Shown here: positions 1 through 7,232 of the stretch, piece by piece
How positions within the stretch are numbered: position 1 is the first letter of the stretch
Layout of the letters: each line of letters opens with the position of its first letter
Source: Candidatus Eiseniibacteriota bacterium
GTDB taxonomy: Bacteria; Eisenbacteria; RBG-16-71-46
Direction of reading: 5' to 3'
NCBI GenBank assembly: GCA_031366795.1
Contig: JANLOX010000037.1
Span: 1-10,451 of the forward strand
Length of the DNA stretch: 10,451 nucleotides
Program-made: the position numbers and the translations under genes
Notes under the pieces: model-generated
What the model saw: the letters and a program-made list of their open reading frames with translations, nothing else
Database searches by the model: none
What the model was told of the DNA's origin: nothing

Positions 1-473
1 TCCAGCGGGGCCGTGAACATGGCGAGCTCTCCCGCTTCGTCGCGCGGCCACTCTTCCATCGGGCGGTCCCAGTAGAGCTCGAGCCCATTCTGGTCGGGAT
101 CCCTCAGGTACAGCGCCTCGCTCACGCCATGGTCCGCCGCGCCGTCGAGGCGGATGCCCGCGTTGAACAAGCGCTTGAGCGCATCGCCGAGCAACGCGCG
201 CGAGGGATAGACGATCGCGGCGTGGAAGAGCCCGGTAGTGCCGGGCGCAGGCGGCGGGCCGCCGCGGCTCTCCCAAGTGTTGAGCCCGATGTGGTGATGG
301 TAGCTCCCGGCGGCGAGGAACGCGGCCTGCGTGCCGTAGCGCGCCTTCAACTCGAAGCCGAGCACGCCGCAGTAGAACGCGAGCGAGCGTTCGAGATCGG
401 CGACCTTCAGGTGCACGTGCCCGATGTGCACGCCGCCATCGATCGGGTTGGGAGTCAGCGTCCGGTCCGTCAT
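1..473 (-). CDS. VOC/glyoxalase superfamily protein, catechol 2,3-dioxygenase (CatE)-like; 3' end runs off the window
   Basis: Absent from the ORF track. Hand translation from ATG at 473: MTDRTLTPNPIDGGVHIGHVHLKVADLERSLAFYCGVLGFELKARYGTQAAFLAAGSYHHHIGLNTWESRGG...GLFHAAIVYP...DHGVSEALYLRDPDQNGLELYWDRP. IGHVHLKV, YHHHIGLN, DHGVSEALY and DPDxNGLELY are typical of CatE-like VOC proteins. GAGGA SD upstream; no stop before position 1. Confidence 0.9.
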   Translation of the reverse strand, partial: MTDRTLTPNPIDGGVHIGHVHLKVADLERSLAFYCGVLGFELKARYGTQAAFLAAGSYHHHIGLNTWESRGGPPPAPGTTGLFHAAIVYPSRALLGDALKRLFNAGIRLDGAADHGVSEALYLRDPDQNGLELYWDRPMEEWPRDEAGELAMFTAPL

Positions 474-498
474 GTCGTCCTCGCGCTTGATGAGTGGT

Positions 499-1725
499 TC
501 AGCGTGCCCGCGACACCAGTTCGCTCACGACCGTATGCAGGGCGGTCGGATAGAGCCCGCCCGTCTTCACGTGCCCGTTAATGATCAGCGAGGGCACGCT
601 GTCCATGTTGAGATCCATCCATGCGCGCACGTCGCGCGCGACGGCGCTGTCGGCCTCGGCTCCCGCGAAGCAGGAGTCGAGTGCAGCCGAACTCATTCCG
701 ATGCTACCGAGGGCAGCGCGAACGTTCTTTTCGTTGGCATGCGCCGGCGGCAGGGTGCGGTAGACGAGGTCGTGGTATTGCCAGAACCGTCCCTGCTGCG
801 CCGCGCACACGCTTGCCTTCGCCAGCCAGCACGCGTGTTCGTGAAAGTCATGCGGCACGCGCGGGTTGCACTTCGAGCTGATCGGTGCGTTGAGGAACAT
901 CACGCGCACGTCGTTGGGGTACTCCGCGCGCACGTCGTCGAGGCGTGCGGCGAGCGCGCGGCAGAAGCTGCATTCGAAGTCGCTGGCGACCACGATCTGC
1001 ACGCGCGCATTTACAGGGCCCTCGGCCGGGAGTCCCGCGAAGCGCGACATGTCGAGGGGCTTCTCGGCCTCGATGCGCTGGAGCAACGTCGAAGCTTCGT
1101 CCTGCGCGTCGCTCAGCAATTCATCGACGGCGCCGCGCGCCATGGCGAATGTGGTGATCGCACCGCCCAACGCCACGCCTAAGACCACGAGCTTGAACCA
1201 GCGCACCGACCCCGGCGCATTCCAGCGCAGGAACAGCGCGCTCCAACTGCGCGCTTCGTTGAAGCTGCGATCGAGCCGCCAGAACACGATCGCCAGCACG
1301 AGGTTCAGCGCATAGGTCGAGACGCAGTTGAGGCACACGGCGCCGATCTTCGTCAGCATCAGGTAGCCGAGCCACCCGTCGAGCATCAACGCCGCGATCG
1401 CCAGCACCGAACCGATCCCGGCTGCGGCGGCACCCTCGTCCTCGGGGAGTTGCCACGCCAGCAAGGCGAGCGCCGCCGCGGCGAGGTAATACATGATGCC
1501 CCACACCGGCAGCGGCAGGCCGAGCATCCAACTGCTCGGGTGCGCGGCGACCGTGTTGCAGTCGAACAGTCCACCCCCGCCGCAGAACAGCGTGCCGGAG
1601 GTGTCGCCGTTCAACACGGTCAGGTGCTCGCGCAGCAGCAGGATCGAGATGGTGATGCCGGTGGCGGCGAGCACGAGCGCGACGAGCGAGGGCGCAGTGC
1701 GATTGGGGCGTGGGGGAGTCGACAT
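499..1725 (-). CDS. Vitamin K epoxide reductase (VKOR) family protein fused to a DsbA-like thioredoxin domain
   Basis: Hydrophobic N-terminal half with loop cysteines (FCGGGGLFDCNTV), GLPLPVWG and CLNC before TM4. A fifth TM follows, then a thioredoxin fold with SDFECSFC, AQQGRFWQYHD and cis-Pro motif SVPSLIING. Confidence 0.9.
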   Translation of the reverse strand: MSTPPRPNRTAPSLVALVLAATGITISILLLREHLTVLNGDTSGTLFCGGGGLFDCNTVAAHPSSWMLGLPLPVWGIMYYLAAAALALLAWQLPEDEGAAAAGIGSVLAIAALMLDGWLGYLMLTKIGAVCLNCVSTYALNLVLAIVFWRLDRSFNEARSWSALFLRWNAPGSVRWFKLVVLGVALGGAITTFAMARGAVDELLSDAQDEASTLLQRIEAEKPLDMSRFAGLPAEGPVNARVQIVVASDFECSFCRALAARLDDVRAEYPNDVRVMFLNAPISSKCNPRVPHDFHEHACWLAKASVCAAQQGRFWQYHDLVYRTLPPAHANEKNVRAALGSIGMSSAALDSCFAGAEADSAVARDVRAWMDLNMDSVPSLIINGHVKTGGLYPTALHTVVSELVSRAR

Positions 1726-1731
1726 TCCCTG

Positions 1732-1737
1732 AGGATA
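1732..1737 (-). promoter_or_regulatory. Putative -10 box (TATCCT) 6 nt before the VKOR ATG; leaderless-type
   Basis: Minus strand reads tcgTATCCTcagggaATG. Confidence 0.45.
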
Positions 1738-1801
1738 CGAGAGCGGCAGCGCGCGGTGAAATGGGACGCGGGATTGGCAACGCCGGTCCGGCCGCTTGAT
1801 T

Positions 1802-1817
1802 AGCTAGCTGCATGCCA
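1802..1817 (-). promoter_or_regulatory. Putative sigma-54 (-24/-12) promoter facing VKOR-DsbA
   Basis: Minus strand TGGCATGCAGCTAGCT versus consensus TGGCACGnnnnTTGCW; GG-N10-GC spacing is exact; intergenic. Confidence 0.4.
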
Positions 1818-1823
1818 CGCACA

Positions 1824-1853
1824 GAAGCGCCGGGGGGCTGACACCCGGCCTTC
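1824..1853 (-). terminator. GC-rich hairpin downstream of the small basic ORF; possible weak terminator or stabiliser
   Basis: gccggg (1829-1834) pairs with cccggc (1844-1849), extended by gaag/cttc across a 1-nt bulge. It lies 15 nt after the stop. There is no good U-tract. Confidence 0.3.
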
Positions 1854-1868
1854 CGCGCGGGCGAAGCT

Positions 1869-2000
1869 CTACTTGCCCTTCTTGCCTGGCACCACTGGTG
1901 CCGGACGCGACTTGGCGAGGGCGTCGGACTTCTTCTGGCTCTTCTGCGCGGAGTCTTGCTTCTGCTGCCGCTCTTTCGACTTCGGTGACTTGTCACCCAT
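1869..2000 (-). CDS. Small Lys/Gln/Ser-rich basic protein, 43 aa
   Basis: MGDKSPKSKERQQKQDSAQKSQKKSDALAKSRPAPVVPGKKGK. SD-like AAGGCGGTG 4 nt before ATG 2000; 10 of 11 Lys codons are AAG; own extended -10 upstream. The track's 2105 start is probably over-extended. Confidence 0.75.
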   Translation of the reverse strand: MGDKSPKSKERQQKQDSAQKSQKKSDALAKSRPAPVVPGKKGK

Positions 2001-2050
2001 GTAGCACCGCCTTGGGTTCGGGTAAATGGAGCAACGTGCGACCGAGCCGG

Positions 2051-2059
2051 ACTGTAGCA
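2051..2059 (-). promoter_or_regulatory. Putative extended -10 (TGcTACAGT) for the small basic protein
   Basis: Matches TGnTAnnnT, 50 nt upstream of the ATG, in a locally AT-richer patch. Confidence 0.5.
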
Positions 2060-2122
2060 GTTTCTTAGCACAGGTCACTCCGCAATCCTCGCGCGCCCGG
2101 GGCAAGGCGCGGGCGGCTGGTG

Positions 2123-2128
2123 TAGGCT
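2123..2128 (+). promoter_or_regulatory. Putative -10 (TAGGCT) for the dehydrogenase-ackA-rsmH-like operon
   Basis: tggtgTAGGCT, 42 nt upstream of GTG 2171; divergent from the 2051-2059 element. Confidence 0.35.
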
Positions 2129-2170
2129 CCTGCGTATACCACCGAATCCCAAAACCCTGCGAGGCGCGCC

Positions 2171-3064
2171 GTGGAATTCCATAAACTGGGCATTGTGGGA
2201 GGCGGCTCGATGGGCAAGTCGATTGCCCACAAGGTCGCCTCGAGCGGCATCGACGTGGTGGTGCTCGAGCTGTCGCCCGAGCACGCCGAGCGCGCGCAGG
2301 CCGGATTCGGCGAGAGCCTCGACCATGAATTGGCGAAGTGGGGCATCACTGCCGGCGAGAAGCGCGCGATCCTGTCGCGCGTACGTTTCACCACCGACGC
2401 GGCGGATCTCGCGGGCACCGATCTCGTCATCGAGACCGTTAACGAAGACCTCGAGACGAAGCAGCAGGTCATGCGGACCCTGTGCGTGGTGTGCCCCGGG
2501 GAGCGCATTTTCATCACCAACACCTCGACCCTGAGCATCACGGAAATCGCTGCGGCGGCGGACCGCCCAGGGCGCGTGGTGGGCATGCACTTCATGTACC
2601 CGGTGACGCGCAGTCCCATTGTCGAAGTCGTGCGCGGCGCCGAAACGGCCGAGGACTCGTTCCACGCCGCGCTCGAGTTGGCGCGCGCTTTGGACAAGCA
2701 GGTGATCGAGGTGTTCGAGTATCCGGGCTACGTCGTCACGCGCGCGATGGTGCCGTTCCTGAACGAAGCCATGCACATCGTGATGGAGGGCGTGGCGCGC
2801 GTGGGTGACGTCGATCGCGCCCTGCGGTTGGGCTACGAATTCAAGATGGGGCCGCTCGAATACTGCGACCGCGTCGGCCTCGACAAGGTGCTCGGTTGGA
2901 TGAATCACCTGTGGGACGAGTTGGGAGATGCGAAGTACCGGCCCTGCCCGATCCTGCGCAAGCTGGTGCGCGCTGGGCATCTCGGCCGCAAGAGCGGGCG
3001 CGGCTTCTTTCGCTGGGAGAACGGCCAGCGCTTGCCGGAGGTTGAAGCTGGAGTGACGACATGA
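2171..3064 (+). CDS. 3-hydroxybutyryl-CoA / 3-hydroxyacyl-CoA dehydrogenase family protein
   Basis: Rossmann GIVGGGSMG, DLVIETVNEDLETK, TNTSTLSIT, GMHF.. with catalytic His and downstream Glu (VEVVRG), MGPLEYCDRVGLD, LGRKSGRGFF. 297 aa, GTG start. Confidence 0.93.
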   Translation: MEFHKLGIVGGGSMGKSIAHKVASSGIDVVVLELSPEHAERAQAGFGESLDHELAKWGITAGEKRAILSRVRFTTDAADLAGTDLVIETVNEDLETKQQVMRTLCVVCPGERIFITNTSTLSITEIAAAADRPGRVVGMHFMYPVTRSPIVEVVRGAETAEDSFHAALELARALDKQVIEVFEYPGYVVTRAMVPFLNEAMHIVMEGVARVGDVDRALRLGYEFKMGPLEYCDRVGLDKVLGWMNHLWDELGDAKYRPCPILRKLVRAGHLGRKSGRGFFRWENGQRLPEVEAGVTT

Positions 3065-4290
3065 ACGTGCTGGTGCTCAACTGCGGTTCCTCGTCGGTCA
3101 AGTACCAACTGATCGACACTTCGCTCGAGTCGATCGAGTCGAATGGCGACCAGACCAAGGCGCGCGGCAGCGTGGAACGACTGGGCAGCGGCGTCGCGCT
3201 GCACACCTGGGAATTCCAAGGTCGCGACAAGTCCTCCGAGTCTTCCGAGATCCTCGAACACCGCCAGGCGATCGCCGAAATCCTGAAGCTGCTGTGCGAT
3301 CCGGAGCGGGGCGTGGTGAAGTCGCCGTCCGACATCGCGGCGGTGGGCCATCGCATTGTGCATGGTGGCGAGAAGTTCTCGCAATCGACGCTGATCACTC
3401 CCGATGTCGAGCGCGGTATTCAGGAGTGCAGCGAGCTCGCGCCGCTCCACAACCCGCACAACCTGCGTGGCTACCACGCGGCGAAGCAAGTGTTGCCGGA
3501 CGTGCCGCACGCGGCGGTGTTCGACACCGCGTACCACCAAACCATGCCGCCGCACGCCTATCTCTACGGTCTGCCCTACCTGCTCTACCAACGCCACCAG
3601 ATCCGCCGGTATGGTTTTCACGGTACCTCGCACCGCTACGTGGGCTGGCGCTCAGCAGCACTGTTAGGCAAGCCGCGCGAGGAGACGCGACTCGTGACGT
3701 GTCATCTCGGCAATGGCGCCAGCATGTGCGCCATCGAATACGGCAAGTCGCTCGATACCTCGATGGGATTCACACCGCTCGAGGGCTTGCTGATGGGCAC
3801 GCGCTGCGGCGACCTCGACCCATCGGTCGTGTTCCACGTCATGCACCAGGAGGAACTGACCGAGCAGCAGGTGACCGCACTGCTGAACAAGCACTCGGGG
3901 CTCTACGGCGTCTCCGGCGTCTCCAACGACATGCGCGAACTGCTCGCCGCTGAGGCGGACGGCAATGCGCGCGCCAAGCTCGCGATCGACATGTTCTGCT
4001 ACCGCATCGCCAAGTACGTCGGCGCCTACGCGGCGGCGATGGGTGGCATGGATGCGGTGATCTTCACCGGCGGCATCGGCGAGAACGCGCCGGCGATCCG
4101 CGAACGCGCGCTGCGCGGGCTCGAGTTCATGGGGATCGAGCTCGACGCCGCGCGCAACGCGGCGCTGCGCGGCGCCGAGGGCGAGATCACCACAGCCGCG
4201 TCACGCGTGAAGGCGCTGGTGATCCCGACCAACGAAGAGTTGCTGATCGCCCGCGACACCGTGCGCGTGCTGGCGCAGGTTCCCGCGTGA
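3061..4290 (+). CDS. ackA: Acetate kinase
   Basis: VLVLNCGSSSVKY, GHRIVHGG, APLHN, YGFHGTSH, CHLGNGAS, DTSMGFTPLEGLLMGTRCGDLDP, FTGGIGEN, PTNEE. 409 aa; ATGA overlap with the upstream gene. Confidence 0.97.
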   Translation: MNVLVLNCGSSSVKYQLIDTSLESIESNGDQTKARGSVERLGSGVALHTWEFQGRDKSSESSEILEHRQAIAEILKLLCDPERGVVKSPSDIAAVGHRIVHGGEKFSQSTLITPDVERGIQECSELAPLHNPHNLRGYHAAKQVLPDVPHAAVFDTAYHQTMPPHAYLYGLPYLLYQRHQIRRYGFHGTSHRYVGWRSAALLGKPREETRLVTCHLGNGASMCAIEYGKSLDTSMGFTPLEGLLMGTRCGDLDPSVVFHVMHQEELTEQQVTALLNKHSGLYGVSGVSNDMRELLAAEADGNARAKLAIDMFCYRIAKYVGAYAAAMGGMDAVIFTGGIGENAPAIRERALRGLEFMGIELDAARNAALRGAEGEITTAASRVKALVIPTNEELLIARDTVRVLAQVPA

Positions 4291-5345
4291 GCGACACGCC
4301 CGGCGATTCGGGCACTCCCCACAAGCGGCGGCCACGCTACAGCGGCACGCACCCGCGCCGCTTCGAGGAGAAGTACAAGGAGCTCGCGGCGGAGAAGTAC
4401 CCCGAGATCGTTCCGCACGTGCTCGCCAAGGGGCGCACTCCCGCGGGCCAGCACGTGCCGATCATGGTGGACGAGGTGCTCGAGGTGCTCGCGCCGCAGC
4501 CGGGTGAGCGCGGCGTGGATGCGACGTTGGGCTGGGGCGGTCACGCGCAGCGCTTGCTCGAGCGCTTGGCGCCCGGTGGGCAATTGCTGGGGATCGATGC
4601 GGACCCGTTTGAGCTTCCGCGTACCGAGGCGCGGCTGCGGCGGCTGGGCTTCGACGAGACCGCGTTCATCACGCGGCGCACGAACTTCGCCGGGCTGCGC
4701 GCGGCGATCGATTCGGCGGGATGGCACGAGGGCGCGGACTTCATCCTCGCGGACCTCGGCGTCTCGTCGATGCAGATCGACGATCCCTCGCGCGGGTTCT
4801 CGTTCGCATCGGATGGCCCGCTGGATATGCGCATGAACCCCAATCGCGGGCTGGCGGCCGCGGCGTGGCTCGAGCGCGCGTCCGTCGAGGCGATCGTCGC
4901 CGCGTTGCGCGATCACGCCGACGAGCCCCGCGCTGACCGGATCGCCGCAGCACTTGTGGCGCAGCGCGGCGAGCTCGTGACGACGCAGGCGCTAGCAGTC
5001 GCGGTGCGCGGGGCGCTCGAGGAGCTCACGCGCGAGGACGAGGTCGACCTGAGCGTGCGCCGGGTGTTCCAGGCGCTGCGGATCGAAGTGAACGACGAGT
5101 TCGGGGCACTTGATGCGCTGCTGCGCCAGTTGCCCGCGTGCCTGCGCCCGGGCGGGCGCGTGGCGGTGCTCACGTTCCACTCGGGCGAAGACAGGCGGGT
5201 GAAGAAGGCGTTCATCCAGGGCGATCGTGATGGGCTCTACGCGAGCATCGCGGACGAAGTGACGCGCGCGACCATGGAAGAGCAGCACGCGAACCCGCGC
5301 TCCCGCGCCGCGAAGCTGCGCTGGGCGCGGCTCGCCACGAGCTGA
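4287..5345 (+). CDS. rsmH: RsmH/MraW-family SAM-dependent methyltransferase with N-terminal basic extension (probable paralogue)
   Basis: HVPIMVDEV, VDATLGWGGH, ADLGVSSMQID, RGFSF..DGPLDMRM, FQALRIEVNDE, FHSGEDRRVK, NPRSRAAKLR. GTGA overlap with ackA; no mraZ/ftsL neighbours. Confidence 0.9.
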   Translation: MSDTPGDSGTPHKRRPRYSGTHPRRFEEKYKELAAEKYPEIVPHVLAKGRTPAGQHVPIMVDEVLEVLAPQPGERGVDATLGWGGHAQRLLERLAPGGQLLGIDADPFELPRTEARLRRLGFDETAFITRRTNFAGLRAAIDSAGWHEGADFILADLGVSSMQIDDPSRGFSFASDGPLDMRMNPNRGLAAAAWLERASVEAIVAALRDHADEPRADRIAAALVAQRGELVTTQALAVAVRGALEELTREDEVDLSVRRVFQALRIEVNDEFGALDALLRQLPACLRPGGRVAVLTFHSGEDRRVKKAFIQGDRDGLYASIADEVTRATMEEQHANPRSRAAKLRWARLATS

Positions 5346-5421
5346 GGCGCAGCGGCCGCGTCGCGTCGCGCTTCGACCGGACGCGCCGCCGCGCGGCTCG
5401 CGGTGTAGAGACAGTCCGCAT

Positions 5422-5427
5422 TACAGT
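5422..5427 (+). promoter_or_regulatory. Putative -10 (TACAGT) 8 nt before the DAHP synthase ATG; leaderless-type
   Basis: catTACAGTgttcccccATG; no SD in the spacer. Confidence 0.4.
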
Positions 5428-5435
5428 GTTCCCCC

Positions 5436-6482
5436 ATGCGCCCGACCCAGGATCTTCGTGTCTCGACCTTCACGCGTCTCTCGCCGCCGCGCGCGCTCAA
5501 GGCCGCCTTGCCTGTTCCCGAAGGCTCCAACGAAGGGGTCGCAGGGAGCCGTGAGCGCATCAGCGCGATCATCGAGGGCCGCGACCCGCGCCTGCTGGTG
5601 ATCGTTGGCCCGTGCTCGATCCATGACCCGGTGGCAGCGCTGGAGTACGCGACGAAGCTCGGCGCCGTTCGCGAGCAGGTCGCAGCGCACATGGAAATCG
5701 TCATGCGCGTCTACTTCGAGAAGCCGCGCACGACGATCGGCTGGAAGGGGTTGATCAACGATCCCAACCTCGACGGCTCGCAGGACATTGAGACAGGCCT
5801 TCACGTCGCACGCCGCCTGCTGCTCGATGTGACCTCGCTCGGCTTGCCCGCGGCGACCGAGTTCCTCGACCCGATCGTCCCGCAATACCTGGACGATCTC
5901 GTTTCATGGGCCGCCATCGGCGCCCGCACGACCGAGTCGCAGACGCACCGCGAGATGGCGAGCGGGCTGTCGATGCCGGTGGGCTTCAAGAACTCGACCG
6001 ACGGCAGCGTGCAGGTCGCAGTCGACGCGATGCGCGCGGCACAGATGCCGCACAGCTTCCTCGGCATCGACATGGATGGCGTGACGAGCATCGTGCGAAC
6101 GCGCGGCAACCGCACCGTGCACATGGTGATGCGCGGCGGCCAGTCGCGCACCAACTACGACGCCGAGAGCATCCGCGACGCCGAGACGCGCCTCGCCGCG
6201 GCGGGGCTGCCCTCCGCGATCATCGTGGACTGCAGTCACGCCAACTCCGGCCGCCAGCCGGCGCGGCAGGAAGACGTGTGGCGCAGCGTGCTGGAGCAGC
6301 GCGCCGCGGGCACTCGCTCGCTCGTGGGCGTGATGGTCGAAAGCCATCTGCATGAGGGCAACCAACCCTTCCCGGTGCCAGTCGCCGAGCTCAAGCGTGG
6401 TGTCTCGATCACTGACCCGTGCCTCGGCTGGGAAACCACCGAGCGCATCCTGCTTGAAGGGTTCGCGGCGCTCGGCGGTTGA
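5436..6482 (+). CDS. 3-deoxy-7-phosphoheptulonate (DAHP) synthase, class I-alpha (AroF/G/H type)
   Basis: [78 protein letters not shown]. 348 aa; feedback isoform not assignable. Confidence 0.97.
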   Translation: MRPTQDLRVSTFTRLSPPRALKAALPVPEGSNEGVAGSRERISAIIEGRDPRLLVIVGPCSIHDPVAALEYATKLGAVREQVAAHMEIVMRVYFEKPRTTIGWKGLINDPNLDGSQDIETGLHVARRLLLDVTSLGLPAATEFLDPIVPQYLDDLVSWAAIGARTTESQTHREMASGLSMPVGFKNSTDGSVQVAVDAMRAAQMPHSFLGIDMDGVTSIVRTRGNRTVHMVMRGGQSRTNYDAESIRDAETRLAAAGLPSAIIVDCSHANSGRQPARQEDVWRSVLEQRAAGTRSLVGVMVESHLHEGNQPFPVPVAELKRGVSITDPCLGWETTERILLEGFAALGG

Positions 6483-6502
6483 GCGCTTCGCCCAATCCGC
6501 AA

Positions 6503-6511
6503 TGCTAGACT
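6503..6511 (+). promoter_or_regulatory. Putative extended -10 (TGcTAGACT) 9 nt before ATG 6521
   Basis: aaTGcTAGACTgtccgtcccATG; no SD in the spacer. Confidence 0.45.
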
Positions 6512-6520
6512 GTCCGTCCC

Positions 6521-7207
6521 ATGACTGAATCACGCTCGCCAGCCACAACAGACCTCGTCGCCTCCGGCCGCTACGCCCTGTTCTTCAATGGACAGGAGTG
6601 CGGTGCCGAGCGCTGGGAGATCGCGCGCGTCGCGGATGGCTACACGATCACCGGCGAGCAGGAACTCGCAGCACCGCACCCGCTGCCCAACCGCCAACAG
6701 TATCGCGTCATGCTCTCGTCCGAGTGGAGGGCCACGGGTCTCGACATGATCTGGACCGTGGGGGAGCGCGCGCTGACCGCGATGCATCGCGCGTCCGACA
6801 ACATGTGGCGCGTGCGCATCGAGTACGAAGGCCAGACGCGCGAGCAGGAAGGCGACTTCCCGGAGTATTGCGAGATCGAGTTCACCACGCATCTGGCGAA
6901 TACCGTGATCCTCGCGCGGCGCGACTTCCAGGTCGGCGGCGAGCACGACTTCCCGGTGCTGCGCATCGGCCCGCCGCTGATGGCGGTCACACCCGAGCGC
7001 ATGGTGTACCGGTGTGTGGAACGCGGCTCGGTCGAGACCGCGCTGGGCAAGCGCGACGCCAAGTGCTACGTGGCCTACCTGCCGTCGGAAGGCGAGGAAG
7101 GCGGCTACACGTTCTGGGCGGATGACGATGGTTTCGTGCTCGAGTCCTACGAGGGCCACGATCGCACGCGGCCATGGATGCGGCTCGTGGAGTTCCACAA
7201 GGCCTGA
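6521..7207 (+). CDS. Hypothetical beta-strand-rich soluble protein (possibly PA1994-like putative glycolipid-binding family)
   Basis: 228 aa ORF with GC3-rich codons filling the gap between two genes. Alternating beta patterns (YALFFNG, ERWEI, YRVMLS, WRVRIEY, YTFWADDDGFVL); no signal peptide or TM. The family assignment is tentative. Confidence 0.75.
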   Translation: MTESRSPATTDLVASGRYALFFNGQECGAERWEIARVADGYTITGEQELAAPHPLPNRQQYRVMLSSEWRATGLDMIWTVGERALTAMHRASDNMWRVRIEYEGQTREQEGDFPEYCEIEFTTHLANTVILARRDFQVGGEHDFPVLRIGPPLMAVTPERMVYRCVERGSVETALGKRDAKCYVAYLPSEGEEGGYTFWADDDGFVLESYEGHDRTRPWMRLVEFHKA

Positions 7208-7232
7208 AGGGGCAGCGCCCACGAATGCGACC

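Noticed and set aside
129..1315. Plus-strand ORFs 129-581, 424-1182, 866-1315 and others
   Set aside because: Antisense shadows of the VOC and VKOR-DsbA genes; no motifs, and expected in high-GC DNA.
1121..2071. 316-aa minus-strand ORF spanning the small ORF and VKOR
   Set aside because: Arg/Pro/Ala-rich off-frame translation overlapping two better-supported genes.
3061..4290. Butyrate kinase interpretation because of the adjacent Hbd-like gene
   Set aside because: Length and motifs (HRIVHGG, TPLEGLxMGTR, TNEE) are acetate-kinase type.
5346..5420. Aromatic amino-acid attenuator or terminator before the DAHP synthase
   Set aside because: Only loose GC-rich pairing, no U-tract and no Phe/Tyr/Trp-rich leader peptide.
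2065..6548. Long minus-strand ORFs (2075-2980, 2905-3633, 4026-4916, 5904-6548)
   Set aside because: Mirror frames of well-conserved plus-strand enzymes.
7014..7232. N-terminal 73 aa of the 706-aa track ORF, or a frameshift fusion with the upstream gene
   Set aside because: Overlaps 6521-7207 out of frame, reads as non-protein-like, and shows no slippery site; ATG 7233 or 7254 fits better.
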